The notes under the pieces: generated by a model | What the model saw: only the letters and a program-made list of their open reading frames with translations | Databases searched by the model: none | What the model was told of the DNA's origin: nothing | Part shown: positions 40,125-53,200 of the stretch, one piece after another | Layout: each line of letters begins with the position of its first letter | Numbering within the stretch: position 1 is the stretch's first letter | NCBI GenBank assembly: GCA_002633005.1 | Contig: NMRA01000160.1 | Span: 502,277 to 566,276, forward strand | Source: Phoronis australis | Taxonomy: Eukaryota; Animalia; Phoronida | Length of the DNA stretch: 64,000 nucleotides | Reading direction: 5' to 3' | Program-made: the position numbers and the translations under genes

Positions 40125-41194
40125 TGGTTAAAACAAACACAGGCATCATATTCAATGTATCAAGCTCAAAGATAATGAAGAAAATTTGCAAGTTCGCCGC
40201 TGATCTTCTACCAGACAGAACTTATGGAAGGAGGCAAAGGCCATCTCTGATGAATTAAATACATAAAACCATCTACAATTAAACACGCATACGCTACATT
40301 CTGTCCGGCCATCACCATTATAAAATGTAACGCCAAAACATTGCATACACCACCACGTGGAAACTATGTTGTCCATACAAAAGCTTACTATAAGAACATA
40401 TACAAAGACATGTTGTTAATGTACATTTCTTTCACAATACAAGTTATATAAGTTCTGTGCTCATTCCGAGCAGCAGTTGACTATTTGTTCTGCTAACTTC
40501 TAGAATCATGACCCAACTAGTTCCAGCCACTACATTTCCGGTGAAGTGTACTACAAAGGTCACTTATGATCGACATGTTTGCCTGTATAAGTGTGTGTGT
40601 GTGTGCACGCAAAGGCCTTCATTGAAGGAAGTCTTATCCTACTCAGTTCTACCGGCAATTCAAATTGAAATGATCCTGTTGATCCTTACATTTACACAAT
40701 ACGACTTTCAACGTGACCCCCTGTGCCATCGCTGAACGGTGTTGCAGTGCTGAGTAAGCGGTGTTGAAATGCCCAAAAAGAACCCATCACCAAGTCCCAG
40801 GAAGCAGGCAGCCAGAGGGGAGCTGGGGGTCAGTGATGAGTTCCTCACAAACCATAGCACTGCAGCAGCGTTCACCCAGACGGCTGACGGGCTCCAAGTG
40901 AACGTGACGAATGATGAAGGCTACACTTTCGAAATGCTTCAGTTGAGTCCAAGTAAAGCAGTCCCACTGTTCTGCTAGTATTCAAGTTCACTTGTTCGAT
41001 TGGTAGGAGTCTTGTAAAATTTTAACAACGCCGTTTTGACATAAGTAGATAACCACGGTATGAAGGAGTCCACCGAAACCTTGGCGAGAGATAAACTGTG
41101 GTCGCAGTGTATTACAAAGCTGATGAGAGAAAGCTACTTTCTAAGGCTAGCCAGAAATTATGTAAGCGCATTGTACAATTCACAGTCGTTCTTC

Positions 41195-41277
41195 CTACAT
41201 TGCCACCAGATCTGACAACGTTTGGTCCAACTCTGTACTAACGTCCTTGTACCTCTCCTGTTCAACACTCAGCTCAC
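41195..41277 (-). CDS. Tpm: Tropomyosin terminal exon 9c: (G)[26 protein letters not shown]
   Basis: ttgtag acceptor, phase 1, 83 nt to TAG. Closest of the three to the canonical ERYK..S.ELDQT tail. Confidence 0.9.
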
Positions 41278-44200
41278 CTACAATGGGACAAGAGTTGCAA
41301 ATGAACCAGTACACCAGGCACAGTGAAGCATCGAGACAAAGCCATAAGGACACTAGGGGAAAAAACATTTACTAACATGTTAGTAATCCAGTACATGCTT
41401 GAAATGATTTGCTTTAGTTTATCAACTGTTTGTTGTGTAGTGAACAATAATCGCACACTTCATCAAAGACATTGGAACTGGTCTGAGGGTGGGTGAGTAA
41501 AAACTTCCTCGTACACAATAAAAAAACAACGCATCAATGCAGGTTAAACTATTAGTACAACTCAAATGCTAATAAAGTAAGCCAGTGCAGTGCTAGATTT
41601 ACACGAGGAGAGACACACGAAACCAAAATCAACAACAGCCAAACGTGACGGGTAGCAGGAGGGACATTCTTCCTCCCTCACGCACCGCGTTCTTGTGAAC
41701 AGTGGTCTTCCTCTCTTCAAACCTGCAGTTCTGTTCTCATTCACTGCAATTCTGTTCTTACGAACACATGTCTGTCATTATCATAATGCCAAACATATTC
41801 CCAGTTTCATTACACGGGACCATTGGATACATCGTACCAAGCACGTTCTACCTAATGTCAAGCACATGCCTCGGTCAACCAAAAATAGGGGTTCATAAGA
41901 AAGTGAATGTGTGCGCAAGAACTAAATTGACATACGTAACAAAAACTTACAGCTTGTGAGAACAGAACTGCACTCGAAAGACGTTGCTCACGAGAATGAT
42001 TGCGATTCATAAGGGCGGAAGATTGTCTATCCTGGGTAGGCAACTAAACAAGGAAATATTGTAGAAAAGATCTCGTAACTTACAGCCGCACAATAAACTC
42101 ATCACATATCACCCAGTTCCCTACACATGTCTTCGAATTGCTCCTGATATTTTGCCCCCTTGGCTTTTTCATCTTGTTTCTCCGCTGCAAAAGCCAGGTA
42201 ATCTAACAACATGCGATCACGAGAAAACAGACAGGTGGCAGAGATCACCTTGTGACAACAGGTAGTACTGGACCACAGCAGCAGTCAAGGTCACTAGACA
42301 AACAGTCTAAAACCATTGACAGTCGGTCAAGTATGTAACCCTTGTCCAGTCATGACGGGGGGCATTCAATCAACCGAACCTCGCCTTCTGATAATTGTGT
42401 GTGTCTAGCGAATACCGATAGAGGAGCTATTGTGCCGAAAATGTAGAACGATGTCTAGCAAGGGAGACTACTGCAATCAAGGAAGCGCGCGTGTGTATGC
42501 ATGTGTGTATGTGTTCAAGCGTGTGTGGTTTTGTGCGAGCATATTTTTCTCAATTTTGCAGTTGTTAGTGAGACACACTGTGAGTGTTCAGAGTGGGACT
42601 TCGAAAGCATAGTTAACTAGTCGAACAGTCAACTACCACATTTACTACTACTACTACTTCTACTACAGTGGACCTTCACCCCAGATGGTTGGAGGAGAGC
42701 GCAGGCCGTTGCCTGGCAATTGCATTACAGCAAGGGCTGGTGTTCCAACTGGCAAATGCTCGGCATTCGTAAAGAATATAGACAGTGATGACAAAGCAAC
42801 CCAGAGGAGAGTCAACAACCGAACGTCATCCACACAAATCACGTGTTTGTGTGTATGCACAACATGGGAACCTCCAACACAGGCACCAAACAGCTCGGTC
42901 ATTTTCGCTCTATCTTGATACTACACTAAACAGAATGCTCGCAACCAAAGAACCTCTTGCATTCAACAGAGAAGCCAAATTCCGTTGTCTACAGTACAGT
43001 AGAGTCTTAACCACTTTCTACAATTGTCGAAACTTCCCACATCAAAGTTTTACAACGATGACAAGACAGATGGAAATGAATCTCAGATTCACTTCGTTAC
43101 CGACAACACAAGAGAGGTTGAAAAGGAACACATCACATAGCGGGGAATACGAAAAGCAATTATAAAGAAAAATGTTACCCAGCAACAGAGTGACACTGGA
43201 AAGGGAGGAATGTTCAACCATAGATTATGCCGATAAAAATTCTAAACTTCGAAAAATCACTTTCACCTTCCGATTTTTCCACGAGTTTCTACTTAGTCCG
43301 CAAGCAGTGCACTTTAGCTTCGCACAAATGGGTAATTGAATTTTACATCAACGTGACGAGAATAGGTGCATGAGGAACACCTGACTCACGAAACAAAGTT
43401 AAGTGGCGTCACATACATTTGAGGAAAGGTCGAGGACACAAGCCTCGATTTTGGAAGGCGACAGCAAAGCTGCCACTTCATTGCGGTCTATGGTTAAACT
43501 GAGAGAAAAGTCAAGTGTTTTGTACTGTTGTGAGCTTTTACACTCTCTAATCCAGTGTGTGTGGTTATGTAGCGGGCCTCTTACTAAGCTAGACGTCGTT
43601 GAGTTCACCGAGGGCCATATCCATTTCTGCCTTGACTTGAAGAGCATACTCTTTCTCTTTCACCACTTCGTCTGAAATCATGCCACCACGCTCAAGGTAG
43701 ATGCATGCCTCCTGTCACAACTGTGGACAGACTCTGGCCAGATGGCTATGTGACCACCAGTGCTACTGCAACGCTGTTGCCAACGGTGAAAGATGACCAA
43801 TGTTCCAATACATAACGCCAAAGGGTTTATATTCACAGGCTTAGACTAATAGAATAGACAATCCTGCTCAATGTGTAGGTAAATGAAAAACTACAAACTG
43901 CCTCAGTATGAAGAGATCTCTTAGCATAGCTCATTGGTCATTTTACTTGAATACAACTGGTTCTCTGTTTAAGATTATGTCAAACCCTAGAAAAATAACC
44001 AAATCTGGCTAACTTAAGAAAACCATATCTCAGAAATAGCCAATCAGATTCATTTGGAACATTCAGATATTATGCTTTATGCACTGTAGTTCTAAAAATG
44101 TCTGTATGGCCGCATAAACATCCAATCAGATGGCTGTATTTTCAGAACACATCCAATCACATGATTGTCTTTTAGACAGAAATTTAAAAAAATGTCTTTC

Positions 44201-47200
44201 TGTACATTTAAACATCAAGGTAACTAAAGAAAGAGACAGCTGAGGTCAGAGTACAAATTCTTACAGAGATGAGCTTGACTTAACATTCACCACCTTAACA
44301 CAAAGGTCACCGGGTCGCTAGCACAGTTGGCACGTCAGCGTGATTCAGTCAAAACTGATGGTCACTCACCTGGCTGGAGTCTGGCCAATTGGCACATCCA
44401 GTAATGGATGAACCAAACAAACTCACTAATTAACTTCACAATGCAACTGAACCAATATTATAAGAAATTAAACATATCTGCTGTTATTCTTAAGTAAACA
44501 TGCCATGAACCTTGGTTCTCAGGATCACACAGGCACAACGCCATCTAATGTCCGTTTTAGGTGAAAGGCAAAAATCAACTACCAAATGTCTACAATAAGG
44601 AATGCCATGCCGTTAAATCACTGAACTCTTAATGGTGAAGGGACCATATGCACAAGAAGCAAATGGTGAACTGGTTCGAGTCAAAACTTGTTGCTGCATG
44701 CGGACTATGGTTATGCCAGCTATCGACTTTAGAGTGGATTTCAAAAACAGCAGTCTTTATTCGGCAAACTGGTAACAGGCATTGTACAACTTTCCTAGTT
44801 AAAGCCACATACGAGCAGTAATTGGGTCACGAGTTCAAGTCAGAAAGAGCTAAGTACATATGCTGATCTTTCAGTGGAAAAAGAAACATAATTTGTGACA
44901 CAACATCAAGTGAAAAATTATACTTTCTCCTACAATACTTCGCTGAAACCAGCATGAGTGAGGAAAGAAACCAAAATCATTGGTGTCAAAAGGCCAACAG
45001 TTGTGAACTACAAAGCTCGTGGCCATGAAAAAATTCCACTTGACTAAACATGTATTCTTATGAAACTAGGAATGCCGACTCAACACACTTGTAAACTATA
45101 AAGGTTTTTTATGTACATGGTCTCAAGGCACAGTATGTGACTTTAACAGAATGAGGCATTCACTCAGGACAATATTTACAATGAGCAACTTTAAAGTCGA
45201 CATGAACTGCCAAACATCAACTGTCATTATAAAGGTGCCTCGAGAGAACGTAACCCCATTTGACCAGCATGCAACAGTACCTTCAAGCCTGTCCACCTCC
45301 TTCTGCAGTTTCTGTGACTGTCTCTCGCCTTCTTGAGCGCGAGACTCAGCCTGAAACAAACGGTGAAACAAGGTTAGACAATCATACAATAAGACTTGAG
45401 TTCACAGTCGTACACCCACATTAAGCTCAAACATTCTCAACAAGCAATTCAATTGCTCGAGAACACCAAACTGTACTCCAGATTCCACTAAAAAACAGAC
45501 TAATACCATCACATCGAATCTGAAAGTTTTCCTTAAGTATGCTCCTACGAGATTGGTCAATTTTCGAGTCGAGCCTCAAATACCGTGTGAGCCCAAGTCT
45601 TCATAAGAATCAACTCATAACAGGGTCAGCTGACAAGTGCTCAAGAAATGAACAGAGCGCATAGAGACCAGTCTCTTTATAAGACAACAATACCAAATCA
45701 ACATTCATAACCAGCTCCTGGACTCCAGGATATGAACCTGTCAGAAACATTTCACAAGAACGACAACAAACTAAAATAAAAGTGCATGTGAAATCACACA
45801 ACAGTACGATAAACCCTGTTGTAATGACAAGCTCAAAGGTGGCACTAATGGAACAATTCTACTTTTAAAATAAATGCATGTGTCCAGTTAGTCGTGCGAG
45901 ACCTTATCCACAACGAGCCCAAGCAGTGTCACAGCTTTTTCTCAATTAGCACAGCTTAATGAACGCAGACAAAATGACCTGCAACGACTGGATGCAAGTT
46001 GAATTCAGGTTATAGTCACTTACAGGGGTTCGGCATTTTGAGAACCTCTACAGAACAAAGAGTGTCAAACTTCTTCTCAAAATCCAGGATTCCCACAAGT
46101 TACTATTGACAAATTCTACACGGTAGCCATCCGCCACGACAAGGAATTTACAGAAAAGTTGGAAACACTAACCTATATTGCTTATAATGTTGCCAAGATT
46201 TATATGGTCAAGGACTTTTCAAGGACATTTGCAGGTAGTTCATGGCATACTCAATGCAAATTCAAGACCACTAAAGTTAAAGTTTGTGTACATTAACCCA
46301 AAACACTGGAAAGTCTTTAAGAACTGCGCACCCTCCACAAGAAGCCTGAGGTGCCCAGTCTACGGACGATACCTTACCTCCTTCAGTCTAGCAGTCAAGT
46401 CACGAATAGCTATCTCAAAAGTATCTTCTCTTTGGTTGGACTGGAAAAACAACGCAACAACTGCACTCGTACTCACAACAGTTACTAGAAGTTATCTCCG
46501 AAATTGGTTCCATTATTAGATGAAAGATTCTTTGTACACAATCCAGCACAGAACATAAATGGGCGAATGGAATGCTTTGCCATACAATGCAACTTTGGCT
46601 GGAATTTTTCAACTGAGAGACATAGTGGAGCAAGCTATCAGCCATTAGGTTACGATGCTAGCTAGGGTGCTTCCTTAACTTCTTGAGCCCGTTCTCGCGC
46701 TGCTTTTCTGACGTAGCCCGTCACGGTATCCGTCAACAGCTTACACTGTGCTGCTACAGCCCCTCCTCTCGTGGAATGTCACAATTTTATACGCGTGTGC
46801 AGCAGGAAAATTGGGATACCCACTCACTTAGAGAGCGGACATGAAACACGGAGACCCATTCATTAGGGAGCTTCCGGATAAAAATCGGCCTTTCGTAGGT
46901 TTCTGTTGCAGAAATAAAGAAGATTTGTAGAAGTTAATTCCCTAACCCTTTTGGAGAGATTCTTGGACAGGGAAATTTTAAAACAATCAAGACCGAAACA
47001 GTAAAAGGTAACAGGGAGGCCATGTTGTCAAAAATTCGCACATCCCTTCTATAAAATATTATTAAAATAAATATATGATATTGAAAACCCCTCTGCACAT
47101 TCGTTAGAAAAAAAAACATTCTGTCGTTTTCAACTTCTTAAGTCAAAGCTTGTGTAAAAAAGTACCCTTTCGTAGGAAGATAGGGTCTTCTATGAGAGTA

Positions 47201-50200
47201 CCCTCCAGGCATTACCTTGAATCATATATTTTGTTGTTCTTTTTGCAAAGCAGTGACATGATATTGTATTGAAGATTGTGGTCATTGGTCTATCTATATC
47301 TAGAGGACAAAACACAGGTCATGAAGGGGGATTGAAGATAAGGAACAGCCACCTGGTGTCTGTGTCTGACAACGGCAGCTGCTAGCCGATTGTGTACAGA
47401 GAATTGCATGCCTAACAGACAGCAGTGTTTGAGTGATACTCAAATGTCTCACCTTACTTGGAGAGGAAATAAACAACTATATGCATTTAGCTCACAGTGA
47501 GCTTCTAAACCAAACACACTTAAACAGATGTTTTCCTGAATTCTTAAATAAACACAACACTAACTTTAACAGCACACTTACAAAATTGGATAACTTAGGC
47601 AAAACATGCAGTTACAGTTTCAATTAAGTTACAGTTTCAAGTAGACAATATCACTCAGTGGCAGTGACTGCAGCCTTGCATGCGTGTGGCGACACCATGA
47701 GTGAGTCAGATAAACTAAAAGCTAGCTACATCAAGAACAGCAAGGACTAGCAATAGCACTAACAACTAAGTTGCCTGTATGTTCCGCTTTAAAGCCACAC
47801 GCAGTGAAATCTCCAAAAACCATCGTTTTGGTGCTATTTTCGAATGAAGCCTTTTATTTTGACTGGCCCTTCTAAATGGTGAATTAGCACATTCACAGAT
47901 CATTTCAACAAGAACACTGAATGCCACTAGCAGACAGTTTTATTCACAATCTTGGTTTAAAGTATTGCGCAGGCCTTTTATGAGGGAAAACCTTTTAAGG
48001 CTATAGCTCGAAAACAACAGTTTCGGAAGACATTAAGTCAAAACAGAGTGTTCCTAGACAATTGAATAAAGCAAGACTATCAGTTAAACTAGACGTGGAT
48101 CAAGATGGCTCAGGCAGGCCCTACACCGCTACTAGCTGCAAAGAAAGAACTCTTCTATAAGCAATCGGGACGATTGGAGACGTAGCATGCAGCTTTGAAA
48201 CACTTCCCCTCATCCAAACATGCAGAAAATAAAAATAGCCTCTTCCCACAACAATAGCCCAATACTATTTGCAAGCTCGAAACAGAAACTCAAAATGCAC
48301 ATCTTCAAAAAGCTATCCCCAACAAATGAGCGCGTTAAACATCTACACTCGAAACTTGCATACATATTTTCGACATAAAAAAATCATAAACAAACTTGTG
48401 CAACTAAGTTCCTGATCTCATTTCTCAAGTCGTCCGCCACTCTGTAAAGTTTGAAAATGTGCTGTACAATAGCCACCATAGATACATCCTGTCAACGTTA
48501 CCGTATAGCACAGTGGTCACCGGGGTACAAAAGGACCGTGTTTAACATACACAGACATGTAATACAAAGAGTATGTTATCTGACTGTTGGTCAAGTACCA
48601 GTTTTTTCAGGTGGATATATTTTGAGAAATCTATCAAGAACTTCTGCTAATGAAGGCGATTATCAAAACTGCATGCTACCGATGACAAGAAGCCCTGAAC
48701 ACAAGCAAGAACTGAAGTTTTTGAGGAGAGCATTGCTACGCTGCTGAGATAATGTCAACAGAAACAATGCAAGCCTCTGAAGGGACAAGAGCTTTTTGAA
48801 CATGCTCAACAACAAGACTATGGACTATCCAGGACAGCTATTCTCCACGTCAATGCTGGAGAACATGGGGAAACAAATTTGCGGCCACAGATCTTTTTAG
48901 ATGCGGTAAGTCTGCCGAGAAGAATTGTTAGTTTAAGCACAGGACATCAAAGTGAACTAGGGATTCACAGGATTCCACTAGATGGCGTCGCCACCTCCTC
49001 CACGTGTTCTCACAGATGCGCACCATGTATACCCACGAGAAATCTATAGAATGACAGATTATGCTTCCAAATGCACTGAGAACCATTCTAAGCAGCGCAG
49101 AGGATATCTAGCCATAACTCCGCTCTTGAAATTTCAGATTCACGGTGTCAAATATAACACGGTGGTGCTTAAGTGTGATACTGATACTGAAACGTTCCGC
49201 ACTTCAGACTCGTAAAATAGTGATACTAAACAATGGTGTGGTTTGGAAACTAGTACGTCTTGGAGGAAATGGAAATAGTCATGTACTTCTACTAATGGGG
49301 AGAGAGGGGGGTGTGCCGCTGAACAGATATCCTTTTCCATGAAATAACTTCTGGCAGGGAACAAACATCACTTCCAAAACACCTGAATGCAGGTTTGAAA
49401 TGTCCAGATCCAAACTCTCGACAGGGGAACACAGTTATTCAATGGCACATGCTACACCCCCTATTCCCAGCCCTCCCCACCCCNNNNNNNNNNNNNNNNN
49501 NNNNNNNNNNNNNNNNNNNNNNNNNNNNNNNNNNNNNNNNNNNNNNNNNNNNNNNNNNNNNNNNNNNNNNNNNNNNNNNNNNNNNNNNNNNNNNNNNNNN
49601 NNNNNNNNNNNNNNNNNNNNNNNNNNNNNNNNNNNNNNNCCCCCTCCCCCCCCGCCTAAAGCAACAGCGAGCATCACTGGCATAACAAGCAGTAACTGAC
49701 AAGAGCATTCCATGCATGGTATACCTCCTGTTCACTTATTTCGAGTGACTTCATGTTATTACCAACCACTTTCAGTTCATCCTCGAGTTCCACGATCTTA
49801 CTGTAAACACACACACGTGCTCGTTAGCTGCCGGGAACAAACCACTGGGTCACAAGGAAAAACATGTTAGAATCACCCGTAGGAGCAGTCTAGAGCCACC
49901 GTCTACACTCAACTGGAGCAGAGAAATCATAAACGCGGTGCGGAAGGTTAAAAAAACAAGGATTTTATTGCGTGCTAAAGAATTGTCCACCCTTGTTTGA
50001 CTGAGGTTACACAGTATTAACTAGTGGCTACTAGAGAATTGAGTGACGTGGACTAACAAGCCATGACCAGAGTGTGTGGACAACACAGCTGGCCATCATG
50101 GTTGTGTAGCCCCACGTCAGCTCACAGAAAGGTTACAGATAAAGGGTACATCGAAAAATGACTTGACACACGTCGATCAAGTGACAAGACAGTATAACAA

Positions 50201-53200
50201 CAGGGTGCACATCAGCCGACAAAGACAGAACAGATTCGACTGGGCGCTTCAGCGTTTGCCGAACAGACATGCGCCAAGACGAACTAGACGAGGAAGGGTC
50301 AAAGAGCAGGAGCCAAACTGGTGCCAGCACACTCGCAGCTGCTGCGAAACCACATCAACGAGTGGGCGGGTTGTACCTGAGAGTTCTGCACTTCAAGTGT
50401 TTTCATGTTGTTACCGACAATGGTGAGCTCATCAGTCAACTCCGAGCATTTACTACAAATCAAACAGTTGGGTCATGGATGAGAACACATATGCATAACA
50501 TTAGTACACCAAGAACCTACTGCATAATTATACATGTTACAGACAACACAGAGAATGGTAGACAGTGATCCTGCAAAGATTGCTGTTACCTGAAATTTAA
50601 GAACAAGAGCAATGTGCCGACAGGCACCCGTGGTGAGGCATCACAAGGGGCAAGGCTACTATACACAAGTTCGATATCTTTGTGTGCACACGAGAGCTGA
50701 TTGTCCAACCAAATACTGAAAGCACCAATTTACATGCCTTCTGTGATTTCTAATGATAACACACTTTCTTGGTCTCAACTCAATTCTTAAGTTATTTAGA
50801 TTCACGGAAATAATTTCTGGGTTTGAGAAAACTGGCCCACACCTGTAAATTCTCATAACGATCCTTTAAACGGTATGGCAGATTGTGGATGTCAGAAAAC
50901 GGATGCAAAAATAACAAAAATGGCCATCAGGTGGCACAGAAAACATCAAATCTATCCGAAAATGGGAAGGTGTTGTTGTCACCTAAAAAGAAGCCTTTTT
51001 GCCAAATTTCATGAAAATGCATTACTGAAATCCAAAGATACAGAGAGAAACATAAAAAGAAACATTTTGTCTCTAGGGGCACTGTAGTATCAGGATCAGT
51101 TCGACACTCGTTACTGTTTGTCGACGACTCCATAGGAATACACCTTTCAAATTTCACAAAGCTCCTTTAAAGAGTTTAAGGAAATTCGGCCGCAGATGCA
51201 AAAATATTCACCACTAAGGGGGCGACACCGTAGTCAGACCTGTCCAAAAGTCAACGTCAGTCGTGGCCTTTTCATCAACACATCAGTAAATGTTTATAAT
51301 GATCCTTTGAGCGGTACGACAGAGCGGACACCAGAAAATGGGTGCAAAAATAACAAAAATGTCCACATGGTGGTGTAACATTCGTTGAATCTGTCTGAAA
51401 ATGGAATGGCATCAACACCTCCATATAAAAAACCTATTTACCAAATTTCATTTGAATCTGTCAAGGACTCCGAAGATAATGACGCAAATGTAAAAAACTA
51501 AAATTGCCACTAGGGAGCACAGTGGTATCCAGGTCGATCGGAAACTCGACGTAGTCTGTCGTCAGCCACATACGAACACACCTGCCACATGTTAGTAACA
51601 TCCTGCAAGGGTATACATTTATAAATACATGGGTGCATAAAAATTACGCCATAAAACCGAGACGAGCACTTGCTCAAGATCTGAGAATGCTGTTTAAAAA
51701 TGACAGGCAAGCACGGTAAAAACACTCTTCTTAGAAGCAATCTAAACAGTTTCAAGATTAGCCAAGAAACTGAGCAGCCAAGCACAGTTGAGCAGTTATT
51801 GCTTAGCTCAAGTATAGTAAAATCCATTGAGTGATAACACTTCAAACCACATGGTTGGAAAAATAAGATTAGCAGATAGACAGACATGGGTGACCGACAG
51901 ACGATTGGATGCCACACAGGCGGGCAGAGAGATGATGCAATATTCACCGCCACTGTGGAAGTGGGTGAATAAAAATTGACACAAATTGGTACAATTTGAT
52001 AACGAACCACCCCGGAACAAAACAAGCAAGTCCTGAAGGCTGTTGTCTCTGCAAAAGAAAAGAACTGTGGTTTAACAAATATAACTCTTGGACAGACCCC
52101 CACCAGTAAGCTGAGGGTGACGTGGTGCGGCAGAATGAGTCGACATCCACCAGGGCCCCTCCTAAGAGCTGAAGGTCAAAGGTTGTACAATGACTTGCTG
52201 GGATGGCACCTTGTTCACAAGCCTAAAGCGAATCGGTCTATAGAGCGCGCTGCCAGGGATGGACCACACATGTGTCCTTCTTACCTGGTCTAGTTGCACC
52301 TGTATGGACTTAACTGCGATATTGGCCGCGTCCAGTTCTGTCTCCGACTCCTTCAAGGTTCTACAAAGTCAAATCTCATGTCATGCACAATACTGAAAGC
52401 AAGGTGTCTAAAATTAATGCATACCGGCACTCAAGTCGATTGTGAATCATAAAATACCCATAGCAAAAGCACTGGAGTTCATATCGGTGCTACGGAGATT
52501 TGGTTACATGATGTGAAAGAACTTACATCTTGCACAGTATAATAAGGATTTGTAATTGGTATTCAGCCCATTTCTAAAACTTTGGCGAGTACCACGGTAA
52601 ATCGGTTAAAGGTCTCGTGATTTTGTTTACAAAGACTCATCTCAAAATATAAATTTGCTCAGATAGCTGAATGTATGACACAGTTATGTGAATAGAAGAG
52701 TTCTTAGATCGCATAAGGCTAACTGTTGTATGTACTTATTTTAGTATTAATATACTCGTATCAATAAGAAAATATAAATATGGGACCATATCAAAAATTC
52801 ACAACGGTGTAATGGTATGCAGCTCTAATCAGCACTACTTTTCACATGGAATAACAATTATATAAATTAGGAAAAAACCCATTCTTTATCACCCTTTTTC
52901 CAGATTTCATAGTCAAATTTGTCAATACCACTGCTACTCAATATCTTAACCAAATCTGCCGGATGACACCACTACAGTTAAAAATCTTTTTGAACGCTCA
53001 CATGAACCGTTGGTGAGAACTTGTACCACGGGCGCACCCAGGGGGGCCTTGAGGGGCTCTAACGAGACTGCCCCCATTTGGCGAAGTGGGAAAAAAGGTC
53101 CGCCTCAGAGAAACAAAAAGTCCGAAAAAGTAGAAAACGAGACAAAAGTCCACTAAAAAGGTAGGAAGTACCAAAATTTGGCGAATGCGCAATTCATAGC

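Noticed and set aside
40215-40266. + strand peptide KAISDELN resembling a muscle tropomyosin tail
   Set aside because: Wrong strand, surrounded by frame breaks and a stop, only ~7 residues; probably chance.
42663-42748. Possible Pro/Gly-rich fourth terminal exon ([28 protein letters not shown])
   Set aside because: Weak acceptor, 86 nt rather than 83, no coiled-coil character; needs transcript evidence.
44370-44446. 77-nt pseudo-exon with strong donor CAG|GTGAGT between exons 8 and 9a (would add VAL*)
   Set aside because: Poor polypyrimidine tract and no tropomyosin homology; a poison exon cannot be supported from sequence alone.
51510-52103. 197-aa - strand ORF
   Set aside because: Non-ATG start, lies mostly within a non-autonomous repeat element, composition not protein-like.
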